This document shows, piece by piece, positions 52,632 to 63,634 of a stretch of DNA of 64,000 bases. Made by a program: the position numbers and the translations under genes. Numbering within the stretch: position 1 is the first letter of the stretch; every line of letters starts with the position of its first letter. The stretch comes from Octopus bimaculoides (lineage: Eukaryota): the NCBI RefSeq assembly GCF_001194135.2, contig NC_069005.1, forward strand, positions 776,775-840,774, in the 5' to 3' direction. A model generated the notes under the pieces. That model had not been told where the DNA came from. It did no database searches and saw nothing but the letters and a program-made list of their open reading frames with translations.

Positions 52632-52689
52632 TTTGTGTGAGTCATTGCAAGTAATTACAAAAACTTTACACCTGTCTCAGAATATTGCT
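52632..52689 (+). CDS. SLC8B1: NCLX exon (LCESLQVITKTLHLSQNIA)
   Basis: Aligns to CPNLSAISTTLKLSHNVA. Followed by the U12-type donor GTATCCTT. Confidence 0.92.
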
Positions 52690-53083
52690 GTATCCTTAAA
52701 CAAATTCTTTATTTCATATTCTGGTCTAAAGAACATCAAAAGTCTGAGGATGTTCCTACCTTTTGTATTATTGATGAAGAGTGATTGAAATTAAAAGGTC
52801 AACTTTGCCTTTCTTCTTGGGGTCAATAAATTAAGTACCAGTTGTGCACTGGTGATGATGTAATCGACTTAACCCCTCCCCCAAACTTGCTGGCTTTGTG
52901 CTAAAATTTGAAACCAAGATTGTGTCTTAGTGTTGTTGTTTTTACTACTTTTGTTGTTGTCTACTTTGTCTCCTGTTGCCATTGCTAACAACGGCATTGG
53001 GGGAGCAGAATACAGTAATTATAATTATCACTGATGTTATCAACGCTATCACACCTGTTGTTACCTTAACTCCACAAACACAG
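52690..53083 (+). other. SLC8B1: U12-type (minor spliceosome) GT-AG intron of NCLX
   Basis: 5' site GTATCCTTA; branch site TTACCTTAAC at 53061-53070; no polypyrimidine tract before the CAG. Confidence 0.92.
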
Positions 53084-53195
53084 GGTGTCACCTTTCTGGC
53101 ATTTGGAAACGGTGCCCCAGACATATTTTCTTCCATTGCAGCTGTGAAAAACGCCAAACATGGCGATGCCAGTTTAGCATTTGGTGCCTTGTTTG
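53084..53195 (+). CDS. SLC8B1: NCLX exon with alpha-1 repeat (GVTFLAFGNGAPDIFSSIAAV...LAFGALFG)
   Basis: CCX-family alpha-1 signature GVTFLAFGNGAPD. Donor G|GTGAGT. Confidence 0.98.
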
Positions 53196-54644
53196 GTGAG
53201 TCAATATCATTTCTTTTCTTTGTTTGATCACTTAACTACATGCTCTTTGACTGGTGTTGTCTTGTTTATGCTCTTCTCGGCGGCCCATTCCCAGTCTGCT
53301 TCTTGTTGTCACAGATGTCTGTCAGCACCCAACAAACAGATCAGATAATATAAACCTGATACTCTGGGTGCAGCCGAACTCAGTCACTTTCAATTGTACG
53401 ACTGCTCGGTGCTTCTGTGTCTCAGCTGCAAGGGTGATAGGCTTTGCAAGACACCAAAGAATGGTAAAATAGAATCATTGCAGATGGTTAACAGGCAGCT
53501 TAGATTTTAGATTTTATCTGATTCGTGAGAAGATTGTTGTTGGTAATGTTTGCTTAATATCATATTGTGAGATTTCTTATGTAAACTTATTGCTGAGTTG
53601 GCACAGAGAGAAGATACGATGATAATCGAACAAAAGTCAAACTATTCTATTGTAAGAATAAAAAGAGTTCAATGGGTGTTGAAGATAGTGATTGAGGGGA
53701 AAGGGGTGATGGTGGCAGCAGTGGGGATGGTGGTGGCAGTGGGAAAGGAGTGATGGTGGTGGCTGTGGTGATGGTGGTGGCAGTGGGAAAGGAGTGATGG
53801 TGGTGGGAANNNNNNNNNNNNNNNNNNNNNNNNNNNNNNNNNNNNNNNNNNNNNNNNNNNNNNNNNNNNNNNNNNNNNNNNNNNNNNNNNNNNNNNNNNN
53901 NNNNNNNNNNNNNNNNNNNNNNNNNNNNNNNNNNNNNNNNNNNNNNNNNNNNNNNNNNNNNNNNNNNNNNNNNNNNNNNNNNNNNNNNNNNNNNNNNNNN
54001 NNNNNNNNNNNNNNNNNNNNNNNNNNNNNNNNNNNNNNNNNNNNNNNNNNNNNNNNNNNNNNNNNNNNNNNNNNNNNNNNNNNNNNNNNNNNNNNNNNNN
54101 NNNNNNNNNNNNNNNNNNNNNNNNNNNNNNNNNNNNNNNNNNNNNNNNNNNNNNNNNNNNNNNNNNNNNNNNNNNNNNNNNNNNNNNNNNNNNNNNNNNN
54201 NNNNNNNNNNNNNNNNNNNNNNNNNNNNNNNNNNNNNNNNNNNNNNNNNNNNNNNNNNNNNNNNNNNNNNNNNNNNNNNNNNNNNNNNNNNNNNNNNNNN
54301 NNNNNNNNNNNNNNNNNNNNNNNNNNNNNNNNNNNNNNNNNNNNNNNNNNNNNNNNNNNNNNNNNNNNNNNNNNNNNNNNNNNNNNNNNNNNNNNNNNNN
54401 NNNNNNNNNNNNNNNNNNNNNNNNNNNNNNNNNNNNNNNNNNNNNNNNNNNNNNNNNNNNNNNNNNNNNNNNNNNNNNNNNNNNNNNNNNNNNNNNNNNN
54501 NNNNNNNNNNNNNNNNNNNNNNNNNNNNNNNNNNNNNNNNNNNNNNNNNNNNNNNNNNNNNNNNNNNNNNNNNNNNNNNNNNNNNNNNNNNNNNNNNNNN
54601 NNNNNNNNNNNNNNNNNNNNNNNNNNNNNNNNNNNNNNNNNNNN

Positions 54645-54678
<34 letters not shown>

Positions 54679-54712
54679 TGTGTGTGTGTGTATATGTATG
54701 TGTGTGTGTGTA

Positions 54713-55235
54713 CAGGGTGTGGTGAAGTTTGGTGGCCAGATTTTAGGGGTGATGTGGTCGCAGTAATTGTCTGACAGCCATGACTGGGTTCTCCTGCTTG
54801 TGTGGCAGGGTGCAGAGTCCTGTTGCCAGACATAAGTTATTCCGGCAGCCACCCTCTTGACCCAGGGAAGCACTACCTTCTCCAAGCACTTGATGTAGGG
54901 CTCCGTGTTGAGTGTGAGGCCATGTGGGAAGATGATTGGAGGCAAAATGTCGCCATCACTAGTGATCACTCCAAACACCATGAGGTTTGTTGACTGGATG
55001 TTTGATTTTTATCACTGTCAGTACACATCCTCAGACTGACACCCAAACACTCTGAAATGTTCGTATTGGAGCTTCCAGTGTGAATACCAAGCAGTACAGC
55101 ATGTACTGCTTGGTACTCACAGATGGTGCCCAACTGACCCTACTATACTGTGTAGTCGACAAAATCAAAAACAAACAATGCTCATGTGTGAAGTTTAAAA
55201 AAATAAAATGGCAACAATTTACCCATCGCACCCTG
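54713..55235 (-). mobile_element. Internally deleted Tc1/mariner element
   Basis: Open stretch MVFGVITSDGDILPP...YVWQQDSAPCHTSRRTQSWLSDN...IWPPN. Ends CAGGGTG (54713) and CACCCTG (55229-55235). Confidence 0.88.
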
Positions 55236-55302
55236 TTTATATATAATGAGGTTCTATTATTGTTCAATTTGAATTTTATGTCCTGTTATTATTTTTTTAT
55301 AG

Positions 55303-55470
55303 GTGCTGGTCTGTTTGTCACAACAGTCGTTGCTGGGATCATTTCAATAATAAAACCCTTCAAATTAATGGAAAGACCCTTCCTAAGAGATGTTGTCTTC
55401 TACATGGTAACGCTGTTTTTTGCCTTTTATATTCTCTGGAAAAAATCCATCACAAAATACGAATGCATAG
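55303..55470 (+). CDS. SLC8B1: NCLX exon (GAGLFVTTVVAG...RPFLRDVVFY...KYECI)
   Basis: GAGxFVTTVVAG and RPFxRDxxFY motifs; canonical splice sites. Confidence 0.97.
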
Positions 55471-55678
55471 GTGAGTCTGAAAATGTCTTTCAAGTATAAT
55501 CTTCATGTATTTCTCACTCATTATACACATGCACGCACGCACACACACACACACACTGAATCTCCCTGAGAACTTCACTGAGGGTCTGCATGTCTGTGGA
55601 GTGCTCAGCCACTTGCAAGTTAATTTCACAAGCAGGCTGTCCCAAAGTTTTTTTAAAACTAGGACTTATGTATGTATG

Positions 55679-55724
<46 letters not shown>

Positions 55725-56585
55725 NNNNNNNNNNNNNNNNNNNNNNNNNNNNNNNNNNNNNNNNNNNNNNNNNNNNNNNNNNNNNNNNNNNNNNNNNNNN
55801 NNNNNNNNNNNNNNNNNNNNNNNNNNNNNNNNNNNNNNNNNNNNNNNNNNNNNNNNNNNNNNNNNNNNNNNNNNNNNNNCTGTATATTTTTTTAAAATTA
55901 TTTTTATAATTTGTATAGATTTATTTTACTATAAATGCAAAACAACACCATGAAGGAATCGACGTAAGCTTAAATAATAAACCACGATAAATGAACCTCG
56001 ATATTTTGAGAGGTTACTGCATATGTGTATATAAGGGGGGGGAGAGAGAGAGAGAGAGGGGGGGTAAGGTAGATAGGCATATATTGGCTCGTCTCAAGCC
56101 TTACTCTGTTCATCTGCTTTACTTCTTCCTTAACAGCTTTGATAAGGGTTTTTCTTAGAAGTAACTTTCAATGCTGGTCAGTGGTCAGTGGTCAGCATAA
56201 TTTGCACAAGAGGGATTTCGCTGACAATCGGAATTAAATAATTACTTAATTTTGCAAAATCATTGAGTAGTACAAGATTAATCAATTAAGGGACATAATT
56301 AGACAGGTATGCCCTGCTATGCAAATCCGGACTGACCAGTTTAGCTACACAAATACCAACTAAACAGAAATCTCCCTCTCTCTCTCTCTCTCTCCCTCCC
56401 ATATTTCTGCTCTCTCTTTCCCTCCCATACATACATCTGTGCATCTATTTCCTCTCCCCCATACACACTCACTTACACTCTCTCTGCTGTTTTTCTCTTA
56501 CATCTTCGTCCCTCTCTGATTCTCTGACTCTCTCACTGTCCATTACTTTCCTTCTCAAAATTCTCTCTTTGTTTTCTTATTCCAG

Positions 56586-56675
56586 GTTTCATCCTGCTCT
56601 ATGTAACGTACACCTGTGTCGTCGTCATCAGTCGCTACATCTATATTTGGCTGAAAAAGGAGGAGAAATGTCCAT
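56586..56675 (+). CDS. SLC8B1: NCLX exon (GFILLYVTYTCVVVISRYIYIWLKKEEKCP)
   Basis: TM helix aligning to GYLGLYVFYVVTV; CAG acceptor and T|GTAAGT donor. Confidence 0.92.
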
Positions 56676-57275
56676 GTAAGTTGAATACACAGGGCACTGG
56701 GGTAGTGGAACTTCCTTTGAGATCAGTTATGTGTTTAATGTAGCAACTTAAACTCCCTTTAATGGTTAACAGGTTGAAAGAGGAGACATTTGCTCTGTAA
56801 ATTATAACTAGTAAGACGACAAAGTATAGTAGTGACCAAACCATTATTACACTTAGAAGGAGAAGCAGACTGGATTAGGTTAATCTATGTGGAGCTTTAA
56901 ATTCTACAGAAACGGTTGTACATCTAATTATTAGAATATATTTAAATAGAAAAGACAGGATTATATCCTAAACCTTATGATATTATGTCAGAAAAAGGGA
57001 GGCAGCTTATGACCCCAACAAGGACCAGGAGAGGAAGTTCAACCTGAAACCAATTTACTACCTTTTATCTTTTACTTGTTTCAGTCATTGGACTGCGACC
57101 ATGCTGGGGCACTGCCTTGAAGGGTTTTGTCAAACAAACCTCTTAACCACACTGCCATGCCTATGTTCAACGAAGTTATTTTCAAGATTAGCTGCTGCTG
57201 TCAGTGATGATGATGAGCAAGTTTGTTGCTAATGTTGCACTCAATAGCTTTATTATTGTTATTATTATTATTATG

Positions 57276-57480
57276 AAGGCAGTGAGCTGACAGAATTGTT
57301 AGCACATTGGACGAATGCTTAGCAGTATTTCACAGGTTGCTACATTCTGAGTTCAAATTCCACTGAGGCTGACTTTGCTTTTCATTGATAAATTAAGTAC
57401 CAGGGAAACACTGGGGGTTGATGTATTCAACTTGTCCCCTCCCCACAAATGTCAGGCCTGGTGCTTTAGTAAGAAAGGAT
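57276..57480 (+). mobile_element. SINE family B copy
   Basis: ggcagtgagctgacagaattgttagc...ttctgagttcaaattcc...gataaattaagtaccagg, preceded by (TTA)n. Confidence 0.8.
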
Positions 57481-57578
57481 TATCATTATTATTGCTGTTG
57501 TTGTTGTTGTTGTAATGGCCTTTCTAGCCCGATGTCAGCTTCATATTTGTAGCCATCTTCTTTATGATTTTCTTGCAG

Positions 57579-57683
57579 TACTCGACTCCGATGATTCCTC
57601 AACCCAATCTGACAACTCAGAGAAAAATGCCAAAGAGTTCTGTGAAGCTGTCAACAATACAGAAATGAGTGGGAGCACCAGTG
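57579..57683 (+). CDS. SLC8B1: NCLX regulatory-loop exon (LLDSDDSSTQSDNSEKNAKEFCEAVNNTEMSGSTS)
   Basis: Phase 1 to phase 1 and open. Acceptor ttttcttgcag and donor G|GTACGT. Low sequence conservation, so support comes mainly from splice signals. Confidence 0.75.
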
Positions 57684-58489
57684 GTACGTGTGGCGCTGAT
57701 GACCGTTTGATATTGTTGTTGCTGGTCTTTTGTCTTTTTTATCGTTTACTTGTTCCAGTCATTGACAGTGTGGCCATACTGGGGCCACACTGCCCTGAGG
57801 CGTTTAGTTGGACAAACTGACAACAGTATTTGTTTTTTATTTTCTTGAGTCTGGAACTTTTTCTGTTAGTCTCCTTTAATCAAACTGTTGTGTTTTGGAG
57901 AACATAAACAAACCCACACTGGCTCCCAAGTCGTGGGTAGGGACAAACACAAACAGAAAGATATACATACACATACACACATACATATATATATACACAT
58001 ACATACTAACTTCAGCAATGTAACTACACACAGGCTGTTGGTTATTTTTTTTACTTCTCTGGACTTTTCCCTTTCTCCTCTCTGAATGGACAAGATTTCC
58101 AAAAATTAATCAAAGGAGTACAAAAGAAATGACAGAATCTTATTATGAAACGTGGTGATGCCTAATGCTGACAAAATGGGCTGCAGAGGGATTTCCATGG
58201 AGACTGCTTGTTATTTTTGTCGTTGCTAATATTTTTGTCGTTGCTAATATTTTTGTCATTGCTGGTGTCATTCTCCAAATCTGTTGATTCCAATATAAAA
58301 TTAATGTAATTTCTCTACAGAATCACACAACATGTTTCCACACTTTCCTTCTACCACAATACCAAAATCAACCTTATATTAACGAGATCCCTAACCTAAC
58401 CACTTCCTCAAGCATAAACATGTCCTCCTTTTATTTGAGTACCATTACAACTCCAGGGAAATTCAATGGTTTATATTTCCATATTTCAG

Positions 58490-58620
58490 ATAAGGAAGAA
58501 CTTCTAAGTGATGATGAAGACCATAACCCTTTCCAAGATTTTCTCAGGGCAATAAACCCCATGGAACATTGTGACTATGCAGAGGCTCAGTGGTACTGGA
58601 AAGCTTTTTATATTTTAAAG
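58490..58620 (+). CDS. SLC8B1: NCLX exon (DKEELLSDDEDHNPFQDFLRAINPM...WYWKAFYILK)
   Basis: RAINP...YWKA aligns to the RALNP...YWKA segment. CAG acceptor and AAG|GTACTT donor. Confidence 0.92.
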
Positions 58621-59155
58621 GTACTTCTTTTGGGGTTCTTTCTTTCTTTTTCAAACAGTTTACATAATTATGTTTAGTGAACTGCAACATTAACACAAGT
58701 GTAGCNNNNNNNNNNNNNNNNNNNNNNNNNNNNNNNNNNNNNNNNNNNNNNNNNNNNNNNNNNNNNNNNNNNNNNNNNNNNNNNNNNNNNNNNNNNNNNN
58801 NNNNNNNNNNNNNNNNNNNNNNNNNNNNNNNNNNNNNNNNNNNNNNNNNNNNNNNNNNNNNNNNNNNNNNNNNNNNNNNNNNNNNNNNNNNNNNNNNNNN
58901 NNNNNNNNNNNNNNNNNNNNNNNNNNNNNNNNNNNNNNNNNNNNNNNNNNNNNNNNNNNNNNNNNNNNNNNNNNNNNNNNNNNNNNNNNNNNNNNNNNNN
59001 NNNNNNNNNNNNNNNNNNNNNNNNNNNNNNNNNNNNNNNNNGAAGGAAGATATGTCTTTGTTCTTTTTTTTTTTGTTTTTCATTAAAACACATCAAACCA
59101 ACATTTCCCTTGATGACTGCCTTTTATCTCGTTGTTGTTGTTGTTGTTGTTGCAG

Positions 59156-59288
59156 GCTCCTTTGTTATTCATTCAACTCCTGACCATTCCGCTAATAAGT
59201 TACGAAAGACCCAACAAGGGATGGAACCGACATTTAAATTCCTTGCATCTCATCACAGGATCCTTGTTCTTTGTGTTGGCCACTAATC
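59156..59288 (+). CDS. SLC8B1: NCLX exon (APLLFIQLLTIPL...WNRHLNSLHLITG...ATN)
   Basis: LTxP...WxRxLNxLHL motif; canonical splice sites. Confidence 0.95.
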
Positions 59289-59312
59289 GTGAGTATAACC
59301 AACGTAACATCT

Positions 59313-59377
<65 letters not shown>

Positions 59378-59385
59378 TATTATTA
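59313..59385. repeat. (CAT)n microsatellite
   Basis: Directly visible. Confidence 0.97.
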
Positions 59386-59386
59386 A

Positions 59387-59815
59387 AGGAGGTGGCGAGC
59401 TGGCAGAACCGTTAGCATGTTGGACGGAATATTCTGAGTTCAAATTCTGCCGAGGTCGACTTTGCTTTTCATCCTTCCATGGTCGATAAATTAAGTACCA
59501 GTGAAACACTGGGGTTGATGTAATCGACTAGTCCCCTCTCCACAAAATTTCAGACCTTATGCTTACAGCAGAAACGGTTATTATTATTATTGTTATTATT
59601 ATTATTATTATTATTATTGAGAAGGTGGCATGCTGGAAGAATTGTTAGCATGCTGGGCAAAATGCTAGGTTGGATTTCGCCCACCTTTACGTTCTGAGTT
59701 CAAATACCACTATGGTCAACTTTGTCTTTCATCCTTTTGGGGTCAATAAAATAAGTACCAGTTGTGTACTGGGGCTGATGTTATTAACTTAGCCCCTTCC
59801 ACAAAGTTTCAGACT
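59387..59815 (+). mobile_element. Head-to-tail pair of SINE family B copies separated by (TTA)n
   Basis: Copies at about 59387-59580 and 59621-59815, each with ttctgagttcaaat...aagtaccagt. Confidence 0.85.
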
Positions 59816-60131
59816 CAAATGACTGGATTTAAAGAACACTTGGCTGCTATTCTCTGCAGGTTTCTTAGGGATCTTTTTAATGAAAATTTAATTTACAAAC
59901 CCCAACCTTCATGAAACAAATTTGCAGTCCTAAACTGGGCCCTTTAAATGCCTCATAAATCTTAAACAGGCAAAACAACAATAGGGGCCCCCCCTCATAA
60001 CATACACCCAAGCCTGCATATAGATTAAAACGGATTCTGCATGTTGCACACAAATTCATTACTATTTATTGCGTTACGTTCTGGACTAAACTAAAATATC
60101 GTTGGTCAACCTTTTTCTTTTCTTGTTTCAG

Positions 60132-60247
60132 TCCATCACACATACATCGGTCATCTGCCAGTGTTAGTGTTAGCACTGTTGATTGGGTCGGTCCTGGCAG
60201 CCATCGTTTTCTTCACGTCTTCCTATACACCCCCAACCTATTACCCA
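60132..60247 (+). CDS. SLC8B1: NCLX exon (LHHTYIGHLPVLVLALLIGSVLAAIVFFTSSYTPPTYYP)
   Basis: TM helix; CAG acceptor and CCA|GTAAGT donor; phases consistent. Confidence 0.92.
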
Positions 60248-61009
60248 GTAAGTAGATATTTTATCTTCAGTATTTTGTGACAAGCACTGTACACTTGATA
60301 CAACCAGTCGACCATTCCAGTCGTACCCAGGAATCTGCACTTTGGAAGTATCTGTAAATAAAGTCCATTTCTGAACAAACAAGAGCAGATTTATTCACTA
60401 AGTGGGATCATGCCATCTGCAGGCACTTCATGAATATCAGATGGAAAAAATTCTATGTAGAGTTTGATACTCACCTGATAGTGTCTGAGTGTGCAAATAA
60501 GTTTGTCCTAACAGGGTGCCTCAATGTATGAATAAACACAGAAATAAAAAAACATAAATTGAAAGTGAAAACAGAAATAAATATTTGGTATTTAAAAAAA
60601 CAAAATCAATAAAGAAATAATGTTTGCTTTCGATGAAAATAATTTGAAGGGATTCAGTTTTGTAATGTAATTTTTAATTGCTTAGTCAGAGTAGTAAATG
60701 AGGGGTCATGACATATTTTAGGGGTTTTATAGGAGGGGAAGTGGGTAGGAAGGTATAACTCCTTTTTCAAGGCTTTTGCAATTGTTTGGAGGGGCCAGGA
60801 CAGCATGGCTGACAATGTGGGTTGAGGGTTAACAAGGCAACAAATGGTTTCATGTGAAGGGGTCTTCACAATTATTCAAGCATGCAACACAGAAGGGTTG
60901 GTACTCATCTGTTTTGGATGGGACAAGTACCTAATCCAACTGAATCTAAATTACATTTTATATATTTATATATGCATGTCTCTCTCTCTCAATATATATA
61001 TATATATAT

Positions 61010-61125
61010 ATATGGGAGAATATACAAATAATAACAACAGACGAGGACAGGTGGTGTAAATAACAAAAGTATATATTAGTATGACGCTCGGGAATACGGA
61101 AAGTCTTTGACGTTTCGAGCTACGC
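61010..61125. mobile_element. Short interspersed repeat, probably Penelope-derived terminal fragment
   Basis: aacagacgaggacaggtggtg...gtctttgacgtttcgagctacgc; the gacgtttcgagc motif is typical of PLE termini. Assignment by recognition only. Confidence 0.45.
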
Positions 61126-61231
61126 TATATATATATATAAGCCACGACTTCCATGACACAACAGTCACTAACCCAGAAATAAAACAAGCCTTTCTTTCTC
61201 TCATTTAACAAACTGTTTGTGTTTTTTACAG

Positions 61232-61309
61232 GCATTTAGTTTCCTCAGCTTTCTGATGTCTGTGTTGTGGATCTACTTGGTGGCAAACGAGGTTGTCAAC
61301 CTGTTGATA
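61232..61309 (+). CDS. SLC8B1: NCLX exon (AFSFLSFLMSVLWIYLVANEVVNLLI)
   Basis: SxxWIxxxAxEVVxxL motif; canonical splice sites. Confidence 0.96.
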
Positions 61310-62000
61310 GTAAGTACTACCAACCAGCACTATTACTACTACTACTGCTACTACTACTACTGCTACTGCTGCTACTGTTGCTGCCACTTCTGCTGCTATT
61401 CGTATCTTGACAGTATTTATTTTCTTTAATAGTTAGGTCTGTAGCCAGGGTCTTCACAGCCCCTCTAAAACCAGTTATGGGTTTGATGTAGGCGATGCTC
61501 TTTTTGAAAAGCAGCCAGTAAAACATGGGCAGCTGTGTGAATATTAAGGGTTCTGCCTTAATATAAGCAAAATACTTGGAACAGAACATGTGTTGAGGAA
61601 AATGTTGTATCTCTAAGCTGTGGGGAAGGGCTGAGACAAATGTCTGTGTTGTATTCCAGGAAGATAACTCACTACTCCCGCTGCCATTTGCCTTCCTCAA
61701 GTTTTCAGTCTGTAACAGCTCTTATCCTTCACTCACCCTAGGATGCTGGGTGTGTCTCAGCGAGTGATTGTAACAAACATGTGGAGTAAAAGGAAATAAT
61801 AATAATAATAACAATAATTATAATAGGTTACTTACTGTAACTCAGTAGGAGGGCACTTGTTGTAGCTCGATGTTAGGATTCTTTTCTTTTCCAACAGTCT
61901 AATCTGTTGAGTGTATATGAAAATGATAATAATAATATTAATAGTAATAACAATAACATTAACAACAACAACAATTATAATATTCATATTCTTCTTGCAG

Positions 62001-62076
62001 ACGTTTGGTATTGTCTTCAACATGAGTAATGTGGTTGTAGGGGTAACATTCTTGGCCTGGGGCAACAGTCTGGGTG
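62001..62076 (+). CDS. SLC8B1: NCLX exon with alpha-2 repeat (TFGIVFNMSNVVVGVTFLAWGNSLG)
   Basis: CCX-family alpha-2 signature GxTxLAWGNSxGD. Confidence 0.97.
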
Positions 62077-62420
62077 GTAAGTAAGGACTTACAATATCGT
62101 CTGGTCTTTCTTTTAATCTTCTTTTGATTTTTCCATTTTTATTTCATACTTCATTAAGATTCCTCACATTTTCCATTGCGTTGTTGTCTTTATTGAACTC
62201 ATAAAACAGAATATGTCAAATGTGCTCCTTTGTCACTTCCATTATAGCTTTGAAAAAATAACTGTTCAAATCAAACTGCACTCTTCAAAAGTTGCACTAA
62301 GAATAAGTACAAGGTAAAATTACCACCTGCTTTTACAGCAAGTTGATGCAGGTAGTTTATCCTGTCCCCTTCCGACTTTTCATGCAATTGAAAAAACTGC
62401 ATCACTTATGGGACAACCCA

Positions 62421-62480
<60 letters not shown>

Positions 62481-62552
62481 ACAAACACACCACACATAAG
62501 CCATTCCCCACTTTGAAGGCTTCCTTAATGTTCTAGAATTTATCTTTTCCAG

Positions 62553-62633
62553 ATCTGATCACTGACATCACCATCGCCAAGAACAACAACCCCCGAACTG
62601 GTATCTCGGCCGTGTATGGAGGACAAATGTTCA
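62553..62633 (+). CDS. SLC8B1: NCLX exon (DLITDITIAKNNNPRTGISAVYGGQMF)
   Basis: Second half of alpha-2. Followed by the perfect U12-type donor GTATCCTTT. Confidence 0.95.
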
Positions 62634-63569
62634 GTATCCTTTGCTTCTACACAAAATGACGACAATGACGATGATGATAATAATAATAATAATAATATAA
62701 GGATTTCTATTAATATCATATATATTCAAACTTGCATACATATGTGCATGCCAACACACAAACACACAGACATTATGTCTGTCTGTCTGTCTATACGTAA
62801 CTCAAGCCACTTGGTTTGAAGTGCAACACGAGTGGAAAAGTGATTTCGTCAAATGTTGGCATGAAGAGTCATCTCTGAAGTCATGCAAGGAAAGAGGTTG
62901 CAGAAGACATTTCAAGATGTTAAACTCAAGGATGAGTTAACAACTAATAATGTATGTATGTGTGCATGTGAGTCTAGGATATTTACACCCCATGGACAAT
63001 AAACCCCACCACCAAGGACAATTATCCCTGAGGACAACAGATGATGACTTAAAACTTCTTAATATATTGGAAAGGGGTTAATTAACCAAGTGGGATAATT
63101 GTCATTGGGGAGAATTGTCCTATGAGGGGTAATTGTCCTGGTACGGTGCATGTATGTGTGTGTGTAACGGTAAGGCCCCAGAATCTTTTAGGGTGTAGTG
63201 TTGTTTATCTTCAGTTTCATGGTGTTAAATAACAGATGACAGATAACTACACACCTGGATAATACACCAACCTATTGCAGGAAGCTCCCGTACCTGATCT
63301 GGTGGTATTATTCCTAAACAGATAAATCAACTGAACAATCAAGTGAATTTCTCAATTATAAAAACCAAATCTCTGCAGCAGATAAATAATTAGAATATCT
63401 ATTCTAATTCTAGTCTTTCTCTCTCTCTCTCTCTCTCTATTACTCCTCTCTCTATTTCTGTCACTCTCTCCCCCTCTCTTCATCTCTTTCTCACACAACA
63501 CTCCTCCCAGCTCCCAACAAACACATATTCCAAAATTTGTTGTCTTCTCTTAACCCAAATACACCACAG
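62634..63569 (+). other. SLC8B1: U12-type (minor spliceosome) GT-AG intron of NCLX
   Basis: 5' site GTATCCTTT; branch site TTCTCTTAAC at 63545-63554; no polypyrimidine tract before the CAG. Confidence 0.9.
62975..63142. mobile_element. Foldback-type MITE with GGACAAT subterminal repeats
   Basis: Left-arm motifs ggacaataaacccc, ggacaattatccc and ggacaac are mirrored by right-arm gggataattgtca, gggagaattgtcc and ggggtaattgtcc. Confidence 0.65.
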
Positions 63570-63634
63570 ATCTTGTTTTAGGAATTGGGATTCCTTTTGC
63601 AATTTCTACATGGTCAAGACAGGAAGATTTTGAA
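63570..63634 (+). CDS. SLC8B1: NCLX exon (NLVLGIGIPFAISTWSRQEDFE); gene continues beyond the window
   Basis: Completes the GGxxFNxxxGxG motif. CAG acceptor preceded by a U12-type branch site; donor GAA|GTATGT. Confidence 0.9.

Noticed and set aside
11680-59183. All long ORFs in the track that span N runs (for example 19630-20322, 33323-34240, 53637-54833, 58544-59083)
   Set aside because: Their length comes from unknown bases and flanking microsatellites. Only the RTE- and transposase-derived parts are meaningful, and those are annotated separately.
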